Below are positions 35,268-44,982 of a stretch of 64,000 nt of DNA, one piece after another. The stretch's first letter is position 1. Each line of letters opens with the position of its first letter. The position numbers were made by a program, and so were the translations under genes. Under the pieces are notes generated by a model. That model was given only the letters and a program-made list of their open reading frames with translations, was not told where the DNA came from and ran no database searches. This DNA is from a virus: positions 52,230 to 116,229 of the IMG/VR virus record IMGVR_UViG_3300015371_000003; one strand, written 5' to 3'.

Positions 35268-36244
35268 TGGCCCTTCGACTCCTGTCAGGTCCGAACAAGA
35301 TCGTGGATGACGAGGGAAATCTTCCCTTGACCATGAATCTGTCCTCGTACTATCCGGGCCGGGGGTTACTGGCGTATGGGTACTACGACTACTACAAAAG
35401 CACCAGCTATCATTGGGTGACGTTTGACGGCGTGAGTCAGCGGTGTCCAATGGCGGGCACAGCCACGAGTGAGTTGGGGTGGTGGGTAGTCAAGAAGCGC
35501 ATGGTGAGTTATCCGGGGTTTGCGTTCAATCAACCTGAAATTGTCTGGGAACCCAAGGTGTTCATGGCTCAGAATGCTGAGGATCCGGGCACGGGGTTGC
35601 TCAATCCACCGGGGGGATTGGCACATAAGCCATACGTGCGGCTGTCAGATCGGTGGCTGTACGGAGATAGCACGCGCATCAACGTCGTGCGGCAGAATGG
35701 CACCAGTTATACCAACGTACAAGAGGGTCCAGTGTGGCCGTTTACGTTGAATGGACTCCGCCCCGGACGGTCAGACATCGAAGTGTTGGGTATTGGTATC
35801 AACCATGACCGTGCCCGGTTCTACGATGTCGAACGACACGAATTTACCTCTGATGTGTTGTATCTGGGCATGACGGCCAATTGTCTGGTGTTCGCGCCGG
35901 AATGGGGCGTGCTGGTGTCCGGGCATTCGAATGAGCCGTTTGATGAGGGGAATGCCTACGCCATTCGGGTGTGGAGTCTGGAAGTTAACCCGATAGTGCT
36001 GTCCGATCCGGCCCCATGGTTTGGCACGGTGAAATCAGGGCAGATCGTGACCTACGCCACGGTGTTGGCCGGGGCGCAGGGGGATCCAGCGGCTGATGAA
36101 TTTGTGAACTGGCAACTCGGTGGAGCGGGCGTGCTGCTGGATGTGCAGTCCAAGACCAATGCCGCCGGGAGAGCCTTTGCTAGAGTCCAATACCGAGTCG
36201 GAGAAACGGGCACGTCTACGGTGCAGGCGAGCGTGCAATGCTGA
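35267..36244 (+). CDS. Tail protein (C-terminal Ig-like segment)
   Basis: Coupled ORF; VNW.L.G.G.L....TNA.G.A. Confidence 0.7.
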   Translation: MALRLLSGPNKIVDDEGNLPLTMNLSSYYPGRGLLAYGYYDYYKSTSYHWVTFDGVSQRCPMAGTATSELGWWVVKKRMVSYPGFAFNQPEIVWEPKVFMAQNAEDPGTGLLNPPGGLAHKPYVRLSDRWLYGDSTRINVVRQNGTSYTNVQEGPVWPFTLNGLRPGRSDIEVLGIGINHDRARFYDVERHEFTSDVLYLGMTANCLVFAPEWGVLVSGHSNEPFDEGNAYAIRVWSLEVNPIVLSDPAPWFGTVKSGQIVTYATVLAGAQGDPAADEFVNWQLGGAGVLLDVQSKTNAAGRAFARVQYRVGETGTSTVQASVQC

Positions 36245-37983
36245 GGGAAATTTTCAAAACGGTGCCTATTCCCTACCTAAAGCGGGATGATCCGCTCAGT
36301 CCGTTGGGGAAAACGATTTTCGGGGGGCTGGAGTACCACGCCAATCAAGAGCCGTATATCGAAAGCATGCGGTGGTTCAATGGCATTCATGTGGGACGAC
36401 AGCAGTCAAATGCCAAAGCTACGCTTGGGGACAGTAACCCCGATAGCCCGACTTCAATTTATGTGTGGACCACGCTCAACGTGGCGTGGTGGCCGAGTTG
36501 GGGATTTGGCTACTACCGGTTCAATGGAAAAACGGGTGTCTTTGTCCGGCGGTTGGGCATTCCGGGTACGGAGTCCATCGGGCAGGCGCTTGCCATTGGG
36601 CACGTGACCACGACACGAAACGGCGTCCCCTACGCCACGAATTGGTACGGCAATGCGATTTTCAAAATTTCGTTGGGCGATACGGCTCAAGCGTTAGTCG
36701 GAGAAGTCCCTGAAGATCGGGATAGTTGGCGGCTGGTGGCGGAAGGGGATCCCGGTGGGAATCCCTTCGATGGCTACATGGTGTCTCGGTTTCATGGAGA
36801 AATCAATTCCTATGGGAGTTTTGCGTTGGACGATCAACAGGGGGAGAACATCTTCCTGAATTTGTCCTATCAGGATTTGCGGGTGTTTACGTGGACCACG
36901 GGTGAACTGCTCTACAAAACATTCTTACCGAATCTCGGAGTGGCGATTGCGCTGGAAGATGCTCAACGATGCTACATCCTGCTGGAAGATCGGTCCATCA
37001 TTCTGTTTGATTACATGCGGGGGGAAGTCCTTGGGGCCAGTCGCATTCCTCCGAGTGAATCAGGGTTGAGTTATTGGAACAATGGTGACGTGACCCTCAC
37101 GTACGATGCGGTCAACCGCCGCATTTTGATTGCGGAACAGACGCCGGATGACCCGGATACCGGAGCCTGCACCTGTCAGATTCGCGGCTATCGCATGGTG
37201 CCGGAACCTACTCGGTTGACGGTGCCTATTCCCCTCAAAGCCCCCCGGCAACGTCGTGTGATCCCCGTGCTGGTGCAAGCGGTGGGAGATACCAACGAAG
37301 GTGTGGGCGGGTATGTGATCAAGGCCAAGGTGACGGGATCCGGCTCACTGGTGGGCATTCCGATTTCTGATCATTACGGCAACACGGTGATGCAAGTCGC
37401 CTGTGAAGGCTCCTCGTTGTTTGCCGAATCGATGGGGGATTGGGCGTCCACTGGTTCTCCAGAAGCGACTCCGCCCCATACCGGATTGGTGAATATCTCC
37501 GCCACGGCATACGTCTATCAACCCGATCCTCCTGATATTCAGACGAGTGCGGGGCCGGTGGACCCGTCGAAGCCTAAAATTGGTGCGCCCGGAGGCGGGG
37601 TGGATAGCGGAACGGGGCTGCATGAATCCGCGCCGAATATGTTTGAGGTGGTCAAGCAAGTCCGGGCCTCTCGGAAGTGGGTGTTGGGGAAAGGCGATGC
37701 CTACGACAGCACCGCATCCGATGGGCGGGGGGAGTTTACGGAACAGTGCGCCAATTCCATGCACGATTTGGATGCCCGGTGGGGGCACATCAAAAAGAAT
37801 CCGGGGCAGTTGCAGTACAACAAACACTCTGTGGATTCCGTCATTTTCCTGAACGATGATCATGTGACCGCAGAAATTTTCAGCATTGTCAGCACGCCCA
37901 CGGTGAAGGGTGATGTCACGATCAAGTGGGAGTTTGTGAGTCGCAATTCGAATTCCCGAAGTCTGTGGTATTACCCGGCGTAA
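36238..37983 (+). CDS. Tail protein with extra C-terminal domain
   Basis: 581 aa; propeller-like and Ig-like segments, Pro-rich linker, terminal WGH.KK.PG..Y..HSVD domain. Confidence 0.7.
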   Translation: MLREIFKTVPIPYLKRDDPLSPLGKTIFGGLEYHANQEPYIESMRWFNGIHVGRQQSNAKATLGDSNPDSPTSIYVWTTLNVAWWPSWGFGYYRFNGKTGVFVRRLGIPGTESIGQALAIGHVTTTRNGVPYATNWYGNAIFKISLGDTAQALVGEVPEDRDSWRLVAEGDPGGNPFDGYMVSRFHGEINSYGSFALDDQQGENIFLNLSYQDLRVFTWTTGELLYKTFLPNLGVAIALEDAQRCYILLEDRSIILFDYMRGEVLGASRIPPSESGLSYWNNGDVTLTYDAVNRRILIAEQTPDDPDTGACTCQIRGYRMVPEPTRLTVPIPLKAPRQRRVIPVLVQAVGDTNEGVGGYVIKAKVTGSGSLVGIPISDHYGNTVMQVACEGSSLFAESMGDWASTGSPEATPPHTGLVNISATAYVYQPDPPDIQTSAGPVDPSKPKIGAPGGGVDSGTGLHESAPNMFEVVKQVRASRKWVLGKGDAYDSTASDGRGEFTEQCANSMHDLDARWGHIKKNPGQLQYNKHSVDSVIFLNDDHVTAEIFSIVSTPTVKGDVTIKWEFVSRNSNSRSLWYYPA

Positions 37984-37995
37984 AAGAGAGCACCT

Positions 37996-39408
37996 ATGAT
38001 CGTCAATCCGCAAGGTCACATCGCCCACGGCATCGGCACTGCCGGAGCCTGTCTGGATAACGTCAAGTTCGATGACGGGGGTGATACTCGGTGGCTGACA
38101 AGTACGAAACTCATTTATCAGCATGGCGTAGCGGGGGATCCGGACTGGCATTTGTCCACGTATGACCCCACCACATCTCCTCCGACCATCACTCAAATCC
38201 ATGCGCTCGGGGAGAATGCGCTATTTGCTGATGAGCATGGACATTGGGCCGCATGGATTTACGGGACGGGGATCTTTACGTCGTGGGGGCTGACCAAGCC
38301 CAATGCCGGGTTGTTGGGGATGGGGCGGGATGGCACGTTGGCCTTTCGTCCAGTCTACAGCGAAGCGGGCGGGTTGACGCTCCGCACGTTGAGTGGCACG
38401 GAGACGCCCATTTCTACTGGTCCTGCCGATCAGGTGGCGATTGTCGGGCCGGGGCAGGCGCTCTGGCACGAAGTGAACGTGCTCAAGAGTTACGGCATGC
38501 CGCCCATTCAGGTGGTCACAGGCGGGATCTGGTCCCCTAAGGCAGTGTTGGCCGGAGGCAAGTGGTGGATTGCCTACTACTCGGCGTCGTATGGCACGGT
38601 GCTCCACCCGATTGATTCGTTGGAAGGGATCAAACCCATCACGATGGATGGGTGGTTCGATATCTGTGTGCTGGAAGGCCAACCGAATGTGATTCGGTTC
38701 GCATGGTCCACCACTCAATTGGAATTCGAAGGCACGATTCACTACACCGATATCGATGTGACGACGGCAGATCGTACGTTGTTGGGGGAAGCCGGTACGC
38801 CTGTGGAGGGTGTCACCCCTCTCGATGAGACGATTGATGCGGCGGGGACTCGGACCATCGTGGTGTCTGGATCGTTTGGGGTAGCATCAGCCGCTGAAGA
38901 AATCGTATCGTTGCCCATCGAAGTCTTTCCGGCCTTTCCAGAGGAGAGTGGGCGGGGCCGCATTGTCCACCCTATTCTCGGAGCCTTCGATTACGAAGTG
39001 AAACCCGATGAGTGGGTGAACATCGATGCGGATGCGGTGATTCCGCCAGTCTGGTCTTCTTCTCGGACGCTCACGAGTGCGGCCAACGTGCTGTGGTTGG
39101 GCAATATCCGAGATGTGGTGGTCGAGGAACGGTGGAAGGCGTTGGGCGGGTTGGCGATGCCGATCACTCAACTGCGGATGCTGATGGCTATTTGGACCAT
39201 GCCCATTGATCCAGATGTGGGATACGTTCATTGGCACCCCAATTACATTACCTCAGTGGCCTTTAAGGTGTTACCGGTCATGCTCTCAGCAGGAGGGCAG
39301 GGACTGACGTTCGATGACATCGTGAACTACAAAGATGAGTTTGGGGATCCGATTGGGTGGATGACAAATCCGGTGACGTTTCAACTGAAGTTGGTGGAGC
39401 GGATCTAA
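37996..39408 (+). CDS. Tail protein (distal-tail-like C-terminus)
   Basis: Position; beta-rich. Confidence 0.65.
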   Translation: MIVNPQGHIAHGIGTAGACLDNVKFDDGGDTRWLTSTKLIYQHGVAGDPDWHLSTYDPTTSPPTITQIHALGENALFADEHGHWAAWIYGTGIFTSWGLTKPNAGLLGMGRDGTLAFRPVYSEAGGLTLRTLSGTETPISTGPADQVAIVGPGQALWHEVNVLKSYGMPPIQVVTGGIWSPKAVLAGGKWWIAYYSASYGTVLHPIDSLEGIKPITMDGWFDICVLEGQPNVIRFAWSTTQLEFEGTIHYTDIDVTTADRTLLGEAGTPVEGVTPLDETIDAAGTRTIVVSGSFGVASAAEEIVSLPIEVFPAFPEESGRGRIVHPILGAFDYEVKPDEWVNIDADAVIPPVWSSSRTLTSAANVLWLGNIRDVVVEERWKALGGLAMPITQLRMLMAIWTMPIDPDVGYVHWHPNYITSVAFKVLPVMLSAGGQGLTFDDIVNYKDEFGDPIGWMTNPVTFQLKLVERI

Positions 39409-41352
39409 GTGGACTACCGCTGGAAACCGTTCAGCCCGGATAGCCGGAAGGATGTGCGGGTCATCCTGCACCCTACGGCTCCTATCTGGGCAGTGCGTGA
39501 GGGCTTGGACCCCGGATCGGATGATTCGGTGGACTTGTCTCCGTACGTGACGCAGGGTTCGCATTCAGCCTTCGAAGCCCGTGTGACGCTCAAATTCAAT
39601 CGGGAGTTGTTTGGGGAGACGCAACCCAAGCCGTTTCAGATTCTCGAAATTCAACTGTGGCAGAGTAACGAGTGGAAGCCCGTGTGGTTGGGCATTGTCG
39701 ATTCGCTGAATTCGTTCACCCTCCAACGGGGAGAGCGGTCGGTGCAATTGACTGCAAAAACCCGAGAGCAGCAGGACATCTGGAAGAACACCAAGCGCAT
39801 TACTCCGTTGTTTCCGCAGATGACGGATTTATCCTACATCATTCAGCGGGTGGCACGGTCGGCGGGCATGCGCGGGGATGAAATTCTCCTGCCCAACACC
39901 TCATTTACGACGGCGCACAGCAACACACAGCTAGCCGATATGAATGCGTGGGACATGGTGCAATCGGTCTGCACTCCTATTGGTTGGACACCGTTCATTG
40001 ATGCGTTGGGGCGTTTGAGAGTCGCCAATCGAGAACTACAACACCGAGTTTCCGATGTCGTGTTGAAAGACGCGCTGTTGGTGAAGGTGGGTGGGCAGCG
40101 GCAGCGGCCCCCGAAGTCTCGCGTCCGGGTGAGTTGGTTGAACCCCACGATGAAGATGTATCGGAGGCAGGATCAATCTCTCGGGGGGCCACAGACCATT
40201 ACGATGGGGTGGTTCCTGCCGTACTGGAAGCATACCGTCTGGTTTTCTGCCGATAAAACCCAACGAGCCGATCATACCCGGATCAATTGGGACACGAGTC
40301 AGAGCGTCAATATCTTTGGGCATTTGCTGCATGCGAATATTTTGAATTGGTGTAAGGAATCATGGACGCAACAAGCCCCGAATCACGGGAAGTTGTCGTT
40401 TGTAAATTACGACACGTTTGCGGTGGTGGGGGCGTTGATTATTTCATGGTTAGCGGCCCATAAAACACCGGATACGGTGCATGTTCCAAGTGTGCCCATA
40501 ACAGTACCTACTCAACCCACCGGACGGACAGCGGAAGCCGCCGCTGGTGCGCTTCTGATGTTTACGATGATGAACGTTGGCACCGGAGCCTATGACATCT
40601 GGGGCACCCCGTACGATTGGGTGCATGCCCGGAACGTCTCCGAAGCCTTTGATAGCTCCGTGCCCACCTACGTGGACAACGCGGATGAGATTGAATCGGA
40701 TTTCATCGTCAACGAGGAACATGCGAAGGCGGTGGCGATTCGAGAACTGATCTATCAAGCGAGAGCCGCCAACAAATGGTCGGTGACGATGGTGGACGAT
40801 CCCCGCATTGAATTCGGGGACATTTTGCAGTTCACGGATGGCAGTCAGTTGTATGTCGAAGATTTCACGCGCTCGATTGAGCGGGGCAGCGAAGCCATCC
40901 TCGATGTGAGTGGATTCCTCATTCCGTTGACCAAGACGGCGGCGTTTGCGGGCTTCGAAGGATCGTCGCCCCCGCCGCCCACAGGAGATGGCGTGACACC
41001 CCCAACAGGGGCTGGTGATGGATCGGATGGCCTCCAACCGGGTGAACCGGCGTTTGGTCCGGGTTCTCGCAATGAGCCGCTGATTCCCATGAGCGATGAT
41101 CCGGCGCAGATGGAGAGTGCGATCAAGGCGAGTCTGTACTATTTCAATCGCAAGGATTTCAGCTATTGGTTTAATGCGGTCAACCATCCGGGGCAGTATG
41201 GGGATGGGCGATGGGTCATTGGGTGGAATGCCTACATGGAACAGCGGATGGCACCGGGAGATACCGGAGCCGCGTTGCATTCTTTGATTGAACAGCCTTC
41301 AGTCCATACCACGCCTCCGCCGCCGGGGTATCCGCCGGGAGGATGGGTCTGA
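39409..41352 (+). CDS. Tail tip/baseplate hub-like protein
   Basis: W.GIVD, W.PFIDA.G.L, DPRIEFGDI; Pro-rich linker and extra terminal domain. Confidence 0.7.
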   Translation: MDYRWKPFSPDSRKDVRVILHPTAPIWAVREGLDPGSDDSVDLSPYVTQGSHSAFEARVTLKFNRELFGETQPKPFQILEIQLWQSNEWKPVWLGIVDSLNSFTLQRGERSVQLTAKTREQQDIWKNTKRITPLFPQMTDLSYIIQRVARSAGMRGDEILLPNTSFTTAHSNTQLADMNAWDMVQSVCTPIGWTPFIDALGRLRVANRELQHRVSDVVLKDALLVKVGGQRQRPPKSRVRVSWLNPTMKMYRRQDQSLGGPQTITMGWFLPYWKHTVWFSADKTQRADHTRINWDTSQSVNIFGHLLHANILNWCKESWTQQAPNHGKLSFVNYDTFAVVGALIISWLAAHKTPDTVHVPSVPITVPTQPTGRTAEAAAGALLMFTMMNVGTGAYDIWGTPYDWVHARNVSEAFDSSVPTYVDNADEIESDFIVNEEHAKAVAIRELIYQARAANKWSVTMVDDPRIEFGDILQFTDGSQLYVEDFTRSIERGSEAILDVSGFLIPLTKTAAFAGFEGSSPPPPTGDGVTPPTGAGDGSDGLQPGEPAFGPGSRNEPLIPMSDDPAQMESAIKASLYYFNRKDFSYWFNAVNHPGQYGDGRWVIGWNAYMEQRMAPGDTGAALHSLIEQPSVHTTPPPPGYPPGGWV

Positions 41353-41930
41353 TGACAGTTCTCACGGATCTAGCCTCAGCAGAGGTCAAGCGCAACGCCA
41401 AGCGGCTGTATGGCGAGACGTTGACGCGCCCCACACTCCTCGTGTCGGATGGCATCAACGAGCAGTACGCCTGCGATGTGCATATTGGTCCGACCGATCC
41501 GACCGGGCAGATTCGGCAGTACGTGGACAAGAAGAATCACTCCACGTATTTGACCGGCCTCCCCGGACAGAAGCCGGAAGACTGGCAATTGGATGATTCG
41601 TTGCCGGGGCACGTGGATACCACGCTTCGCAATGTCGTCATCTCTCGCAACAACGCCGATTTGATTTATGCCGATGTCGGGAGTCCGGTGATCTGTGATC
41701 GCACGGAATCCGGCAATTGGCAGATCACGGGGTTCTCCATTGAGCGACCGGGTACCCACATGCTCTATCCGGTGGACTTGGGCGATATGTCCATCGGAAC
41801 CGTGATTGATTTGTCGATTGACACGCGCCTGTTGACGCTGGCGGAGATGGGGGAATTCAAACCGTTTGGCGTCCTTCCGTTTGGCGCAAGTGCGATTTTC
41901 GAAGGTGGCGAACTGGTGAACATCGTTTAA
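41343..41930 (+). CDS. Tail protein
   Basis: Coupled ORF in tail module; OB-fold-like pattern. Confidence 0.65.
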   Translation: MGLMTVLTDLASAEVKRNAKRLYGETLTRPTLLVSDGINEQYACDVHIGPTDPTGQIRQYVDKKNHSTYLTGLPGQKPEDWQLDDSLPGHVDTTLRNVVISRNNADLIYADVGSPVICDRTESGNWQITGFSIERPGTHMLYPVDLGDMSIGTVIDLSIDTRLLTLAEMGEFKPFGVLPFGASAIFEGGELVNIV

Positions 41931-41939
41931 GAGGGCCGC

Positions 41940-42908
41940 ATGGAACTACGAAACTTTGCCAGTGGCGATACTGACTATATTGCCAAACTGAATTCGAACA
42001 ATTCCGAGATTCAAGCGGCCATTGATGCGTTGCAGGCGGCAGCAGGGGCAGCAGGGGCGGGCACTGCGCTGTCGGCGGGTCTATTTATCAGTTCCCTGTG
42101 TAATGGGGAAGATTGTCTGATCGGTCCCGGCAGTTACACCCTCACTCAGAATCCTACGTCGGTGACGGTGAGTCCCGGCAGTATATTTTTGGCGGGTTCT
42201 CAAGCGGTGGTGCAGTCGTTGTTGACGCCCACGCTGAATTTTTTGGGGCAGACGGCGGGCACCAAGTACATCGTGGTGGATGCGGCGGGCACGCCTGCGA
42301 TTCGATCCACGGCAGATGCGGGTGCGATTTATTCGGTGTTTTGGACAGGCAGCGGGTTTCTCGGGGAACCGGTGCGTATCGCGTCCGTGTTATCGGATGC
42401 TGATGAAGATACAGCGGCCCGACTCAGTACGGCCCTTGGGGATTTGGAATCGCCTCCAAACGATAAACCGTTCGACACGTTGGATGATCGGCTGGAAGCC
42501 ATTGAATTGGTGGCGACTCAAGCCAAAGCCCTCGCAGGGGGGACTCGAAAAATTGGGGCGACGGTGGATGGTTCGACAGGGGTGAAAGGAGCCATCCAGA
42601 TCGATTTTGCAGGCACCATCATTGGATGGAGCATCATTGCCGATCAACCGGGGGATATCACGGTGACGGTGAGTCGAGCGTCCTCCTCTCCACCTGATGA
42701 CGCCCCGGCGATTCCCGATCCGGTGGCAGACAAGATTTCGGCCAGTGCGCCCATTCAGTTGGTCGGTGCCCAATCAGCGTCTGGGAATGAATCGGATGTC
42801 TCGACGTGGGATCCGGATTTGTTGCCGTGGGACGTGGTGCAATTTGCTGTAACTGCGGCCACGACACTCACGAGTGCCACGTTGTATCTCCGCATTGCTC
42901 CGCTGTAA
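41940..42908 (+). CDS. Tail fibre proximal/adaptor protein
   Basis: F.SGDTDYIAKLN.N N-terminus; TG.KG.I...F.GTI.GW C-terminal domain. Confidence 0.65.
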   Translation: MELRNFASGDTDYIAKLNSNNSEIQAAIDALQAAAGAAGAGTALSAGLFISSLCNGEDCLIGPGSYTLTQNPTSVTVSPGSIFLAGSQAVVQSLLTPTLNFLGQTAGTKYIVVDAAGTPAIRSTADAGAIYSVFWTGSGFLGEPVRIASVLSDADEDTAARLSTALGDLESPPNDKPFDTLDDRLEAIELVATQAKALAGGTRKIGATVDGSTGVKGAIQIDFAGTIIGWSIIADQPGDITVTVSRASSSPPDDAPAIPDPVADKISASAPIQLVGAQSASGNESDVSTWDPDLLPWDVVQFAVTAATTLTSATLYLRIAPL

Positions 42909-42917
42909 ACGAGGCAC

Positions 42918-44504
42918 ATGGCGTTTGCACTCACAACTTCTCTGACGGCGGGCCTCGGTGCCAGTGGTGGCACCACGGGGACGTTTGATTCAACCGGCGC
43001 GAAGCTGATCGTTGTCGGGGTGTCCTATTACAACGGGGGTGGGGGCGCACCTTCCAGCATCAGTGATAACAAGGGCAATACCTACATTCCGACCACACTC
43101 CGAGCAGCGGTGAACGTTGCCCATCGTTTTTACTATGTGCTCAATCCCACCGTAGGCACAGGGCACACGGTCACGATATCTGGGTCGAATTTCTATCCCG
43201 GTGTCGTGATTCAGGCGTTTAGTGGGAATGGGACGTTTGACGTACAGAATGGAGCCGGATTTAACGGTCCCACTCCTCCGCAGAGTGCGGGATCGATTAC
43301 GCCTACTGCGAACAATTCGCTGGTGGTGACAGGCTTCGCGTCGGATAACGTCGCAAGCCCCACGACCAGTGGATTTACCGTCACGACGCAGGCGTATGGC
43401 GCAGGCGTCAACATGACGGGCGCGTCGGGGTACGTGGTGCAGACCACGGCGACTGCCGTGAATCCGTCGTGGTCATGGTCTACCGCCCCCGCAGGCGTCA
43501 AAGATGTCGCGTTATCCGTCATCTCGTTTACGGTGGCGGCAACTATTCCGACGAGAGTCCAGACCACCGCTAAACTTCAACGGTCGAATACGAACACGGC
43601 GACGATTACGTTTGCGGGGGCACAGCCTACCGTTGGGAACGCGATTGTCATTCCCATCATTGGATGGAATTCTGGTTCCATCTCTGCCACGGATAACTAC
43701 GGCAATACCTATAACTTGGCGCGGCAGACCAACAATGGCAGCGTCAACGTTCATGCGTTGTATTGCGGGCGGGTCAATGCGTCTGGATCCGGGTTCACGA
43801 TCAACGTGCTGTCCTCCGTCAATCAGTACTGGATCTTGTGCGCGATTGAAGTCACGAATATTGGAACGGGTTTAACGGCGAATCAAACTGCGGTAGCGAC
43901 GGGGAACAGCACGGCTCCGTCCGTGACGACTCCCACGTTGCTGTCCACCTCTACCGATGCGTTTCTGTTGGGCGTGATGGGGTGCGGCGGGGGGCAATCC
44001 TCTATTACCGTGGCCGGAGGGTGGACGCAGGAAGTCGAAGAATTACCGTTTTCGATTGTGCCGGGGGAGGCGGATAGTAAATCCATCACAGGAGCGGTTG
44101 GCACGACGGAAACGGTGTCATGGACGCTCGCTTCGTCAGCGACGTGGGCCACGGCTATTGTGGTGTTTGTCCCGGCCTTTGTTTCAGCCGAAGAACGAGT
44201 CTCCCAAGATGTAGTGGAGATTGTGGCCCTCCCCGGCACGACCGGGCGCGTCTCCCAAGATGTGGTGGAAGCGATTACGCTGCCCCCCTCCTCCGCGCAG
44301 TTGACGCAAGGGGTGGTGGAAGTTCTGAGTCTCCCGGCGATTGAGTCTCGGGTAACGCAACAGATTGTGGAAACGCTGAGTGTGCCACTGGCTCCGGTGC
44401 GAGTCACGCAACTCGTGGTCGAAGTGCTGTTTCCCACGCCCCCGAGTGGAGTGGTGAATTCGGTGTGGTTGGGGGAGCGAGTCGGGAACATTTGGGTGGA
44501 ATAG
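42918..44504 (+). CDS. Tail fibre / receptor-binding protein
   Basis: Thr/Ser/Gly-rich tandem beta domains (DN.GNTY x2); five C-terminal RV[ST]Q.VVE repeats. Confidence 0.7.
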   Translation: MAFALTTSLTAGLGASGGTTGTFDSTGAKLIVVGVSYYNGGGGAPSSISDNKGNTYIPTTLRAAVNVAHRFYYVLNPTVGTGHTVTISGSNFYPGVVIQAFSGNGTFDVQNGAGFNGPTPPQSAGSITPTANNSLVVTGFASDNVASPTTSGFTVTTQAYGAGVNMTGASGYVVQTTATAVNPSWSWSTAPAGVKDVALSVISFTVAATIPTRVQTTAKLQRSNTNTATITFAGAQPTVGNAIVIPIIGWNSGSISATDNYGNTYNLARQTNNGSVNVHALYCGRVNASGSGFTINVLSSVNQYWILCAIEVTNIGTGLTANQTAVATGNSTAPSVTTPTLLSTSTDAFLLGVMGCGGGQSSITVAGGWTQEVEELPFSIVPGEADSKSITGAVGTTETVSWTLASSATWATAIVVFVPAFVSAEERVSQDVVEIVALPGTTGRVSQDVVEAITLPPSSAQLTQGVVEVLSLPAIESRVTQQIVETLSVPLAPVRVTQLVVEVLFPTPPSGVVNSVWLGERVGNIWVE

Positions 44505-44530
44505 TTGCACTCAATTGCCACGGAGGGTCT

Positions 44531-44935
44531 ATGTTGCCGGATCGTCAGGGAGAGGCACAGGATTACGCGCAGTGCATGACATTGACGCGGTATTTCTATC
44601 CCCCATCGGAGCGGCCTGATGTGATATTGCAGGCCCAACTCCAAGAAGCGGAGCAGGTCGTAGACAAACTCATCGTGCGCCCGTTGCTGCCCCACCAACG
44701 GGAGGCGTTGTTGTGTCTCGTGTCTGATGTGATCGCAGGGTTAGCCACGGCTCCGCCCCCCGTGAAGTTGGAGAAAAGTTTCCTTGTCTCAGCCCTGAAC
44801 AAAGGCATGTTCCAAATCGCGGCGGCGGAATTCCATGTGTTCTGCTACGCGAAGGGGAAGGTGCAAACCCGACTCTGGCAGAAGCGGCGGGCCGAATCTT
44901 TTCTCTTTACCACGGGGCAGTTGCTTTTCGAATAA
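44531..44935 (+). CDS. Degenerate GH24 lysozyme-like protein
   Basis: L.PHQ.EAL..L, L..LNKG....AA.EF, Y.KGKV...L..RR.E..LF; N-terminal catalytic lobe not recognisable. Confidence 0.65.
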   Translation: MLPDRQGEAQDYAQCMTLTRYFYPPSERPDVILQAQLQEAEQVVDKLIVRPLLPHQREALLCLVSDVIAGLATAPPPVKLEKSFLVSALNKGMFQIAAAEFHVFCYAKGKVQTRLWQKRRAESFLFTTGQLLFE

Positions 44936-44982
44936 ACCTCTGCTACAGTAGACCCGGCACCAATGGAGTGGCTGGTTAGGTC

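Noticed and set aside
42918-44504. Diversity-generating retroelement target in the tail fibre
   Set aside because: No reverse transcriptase and no template/variable repeat pair with adenine-specific mismatches were seen.
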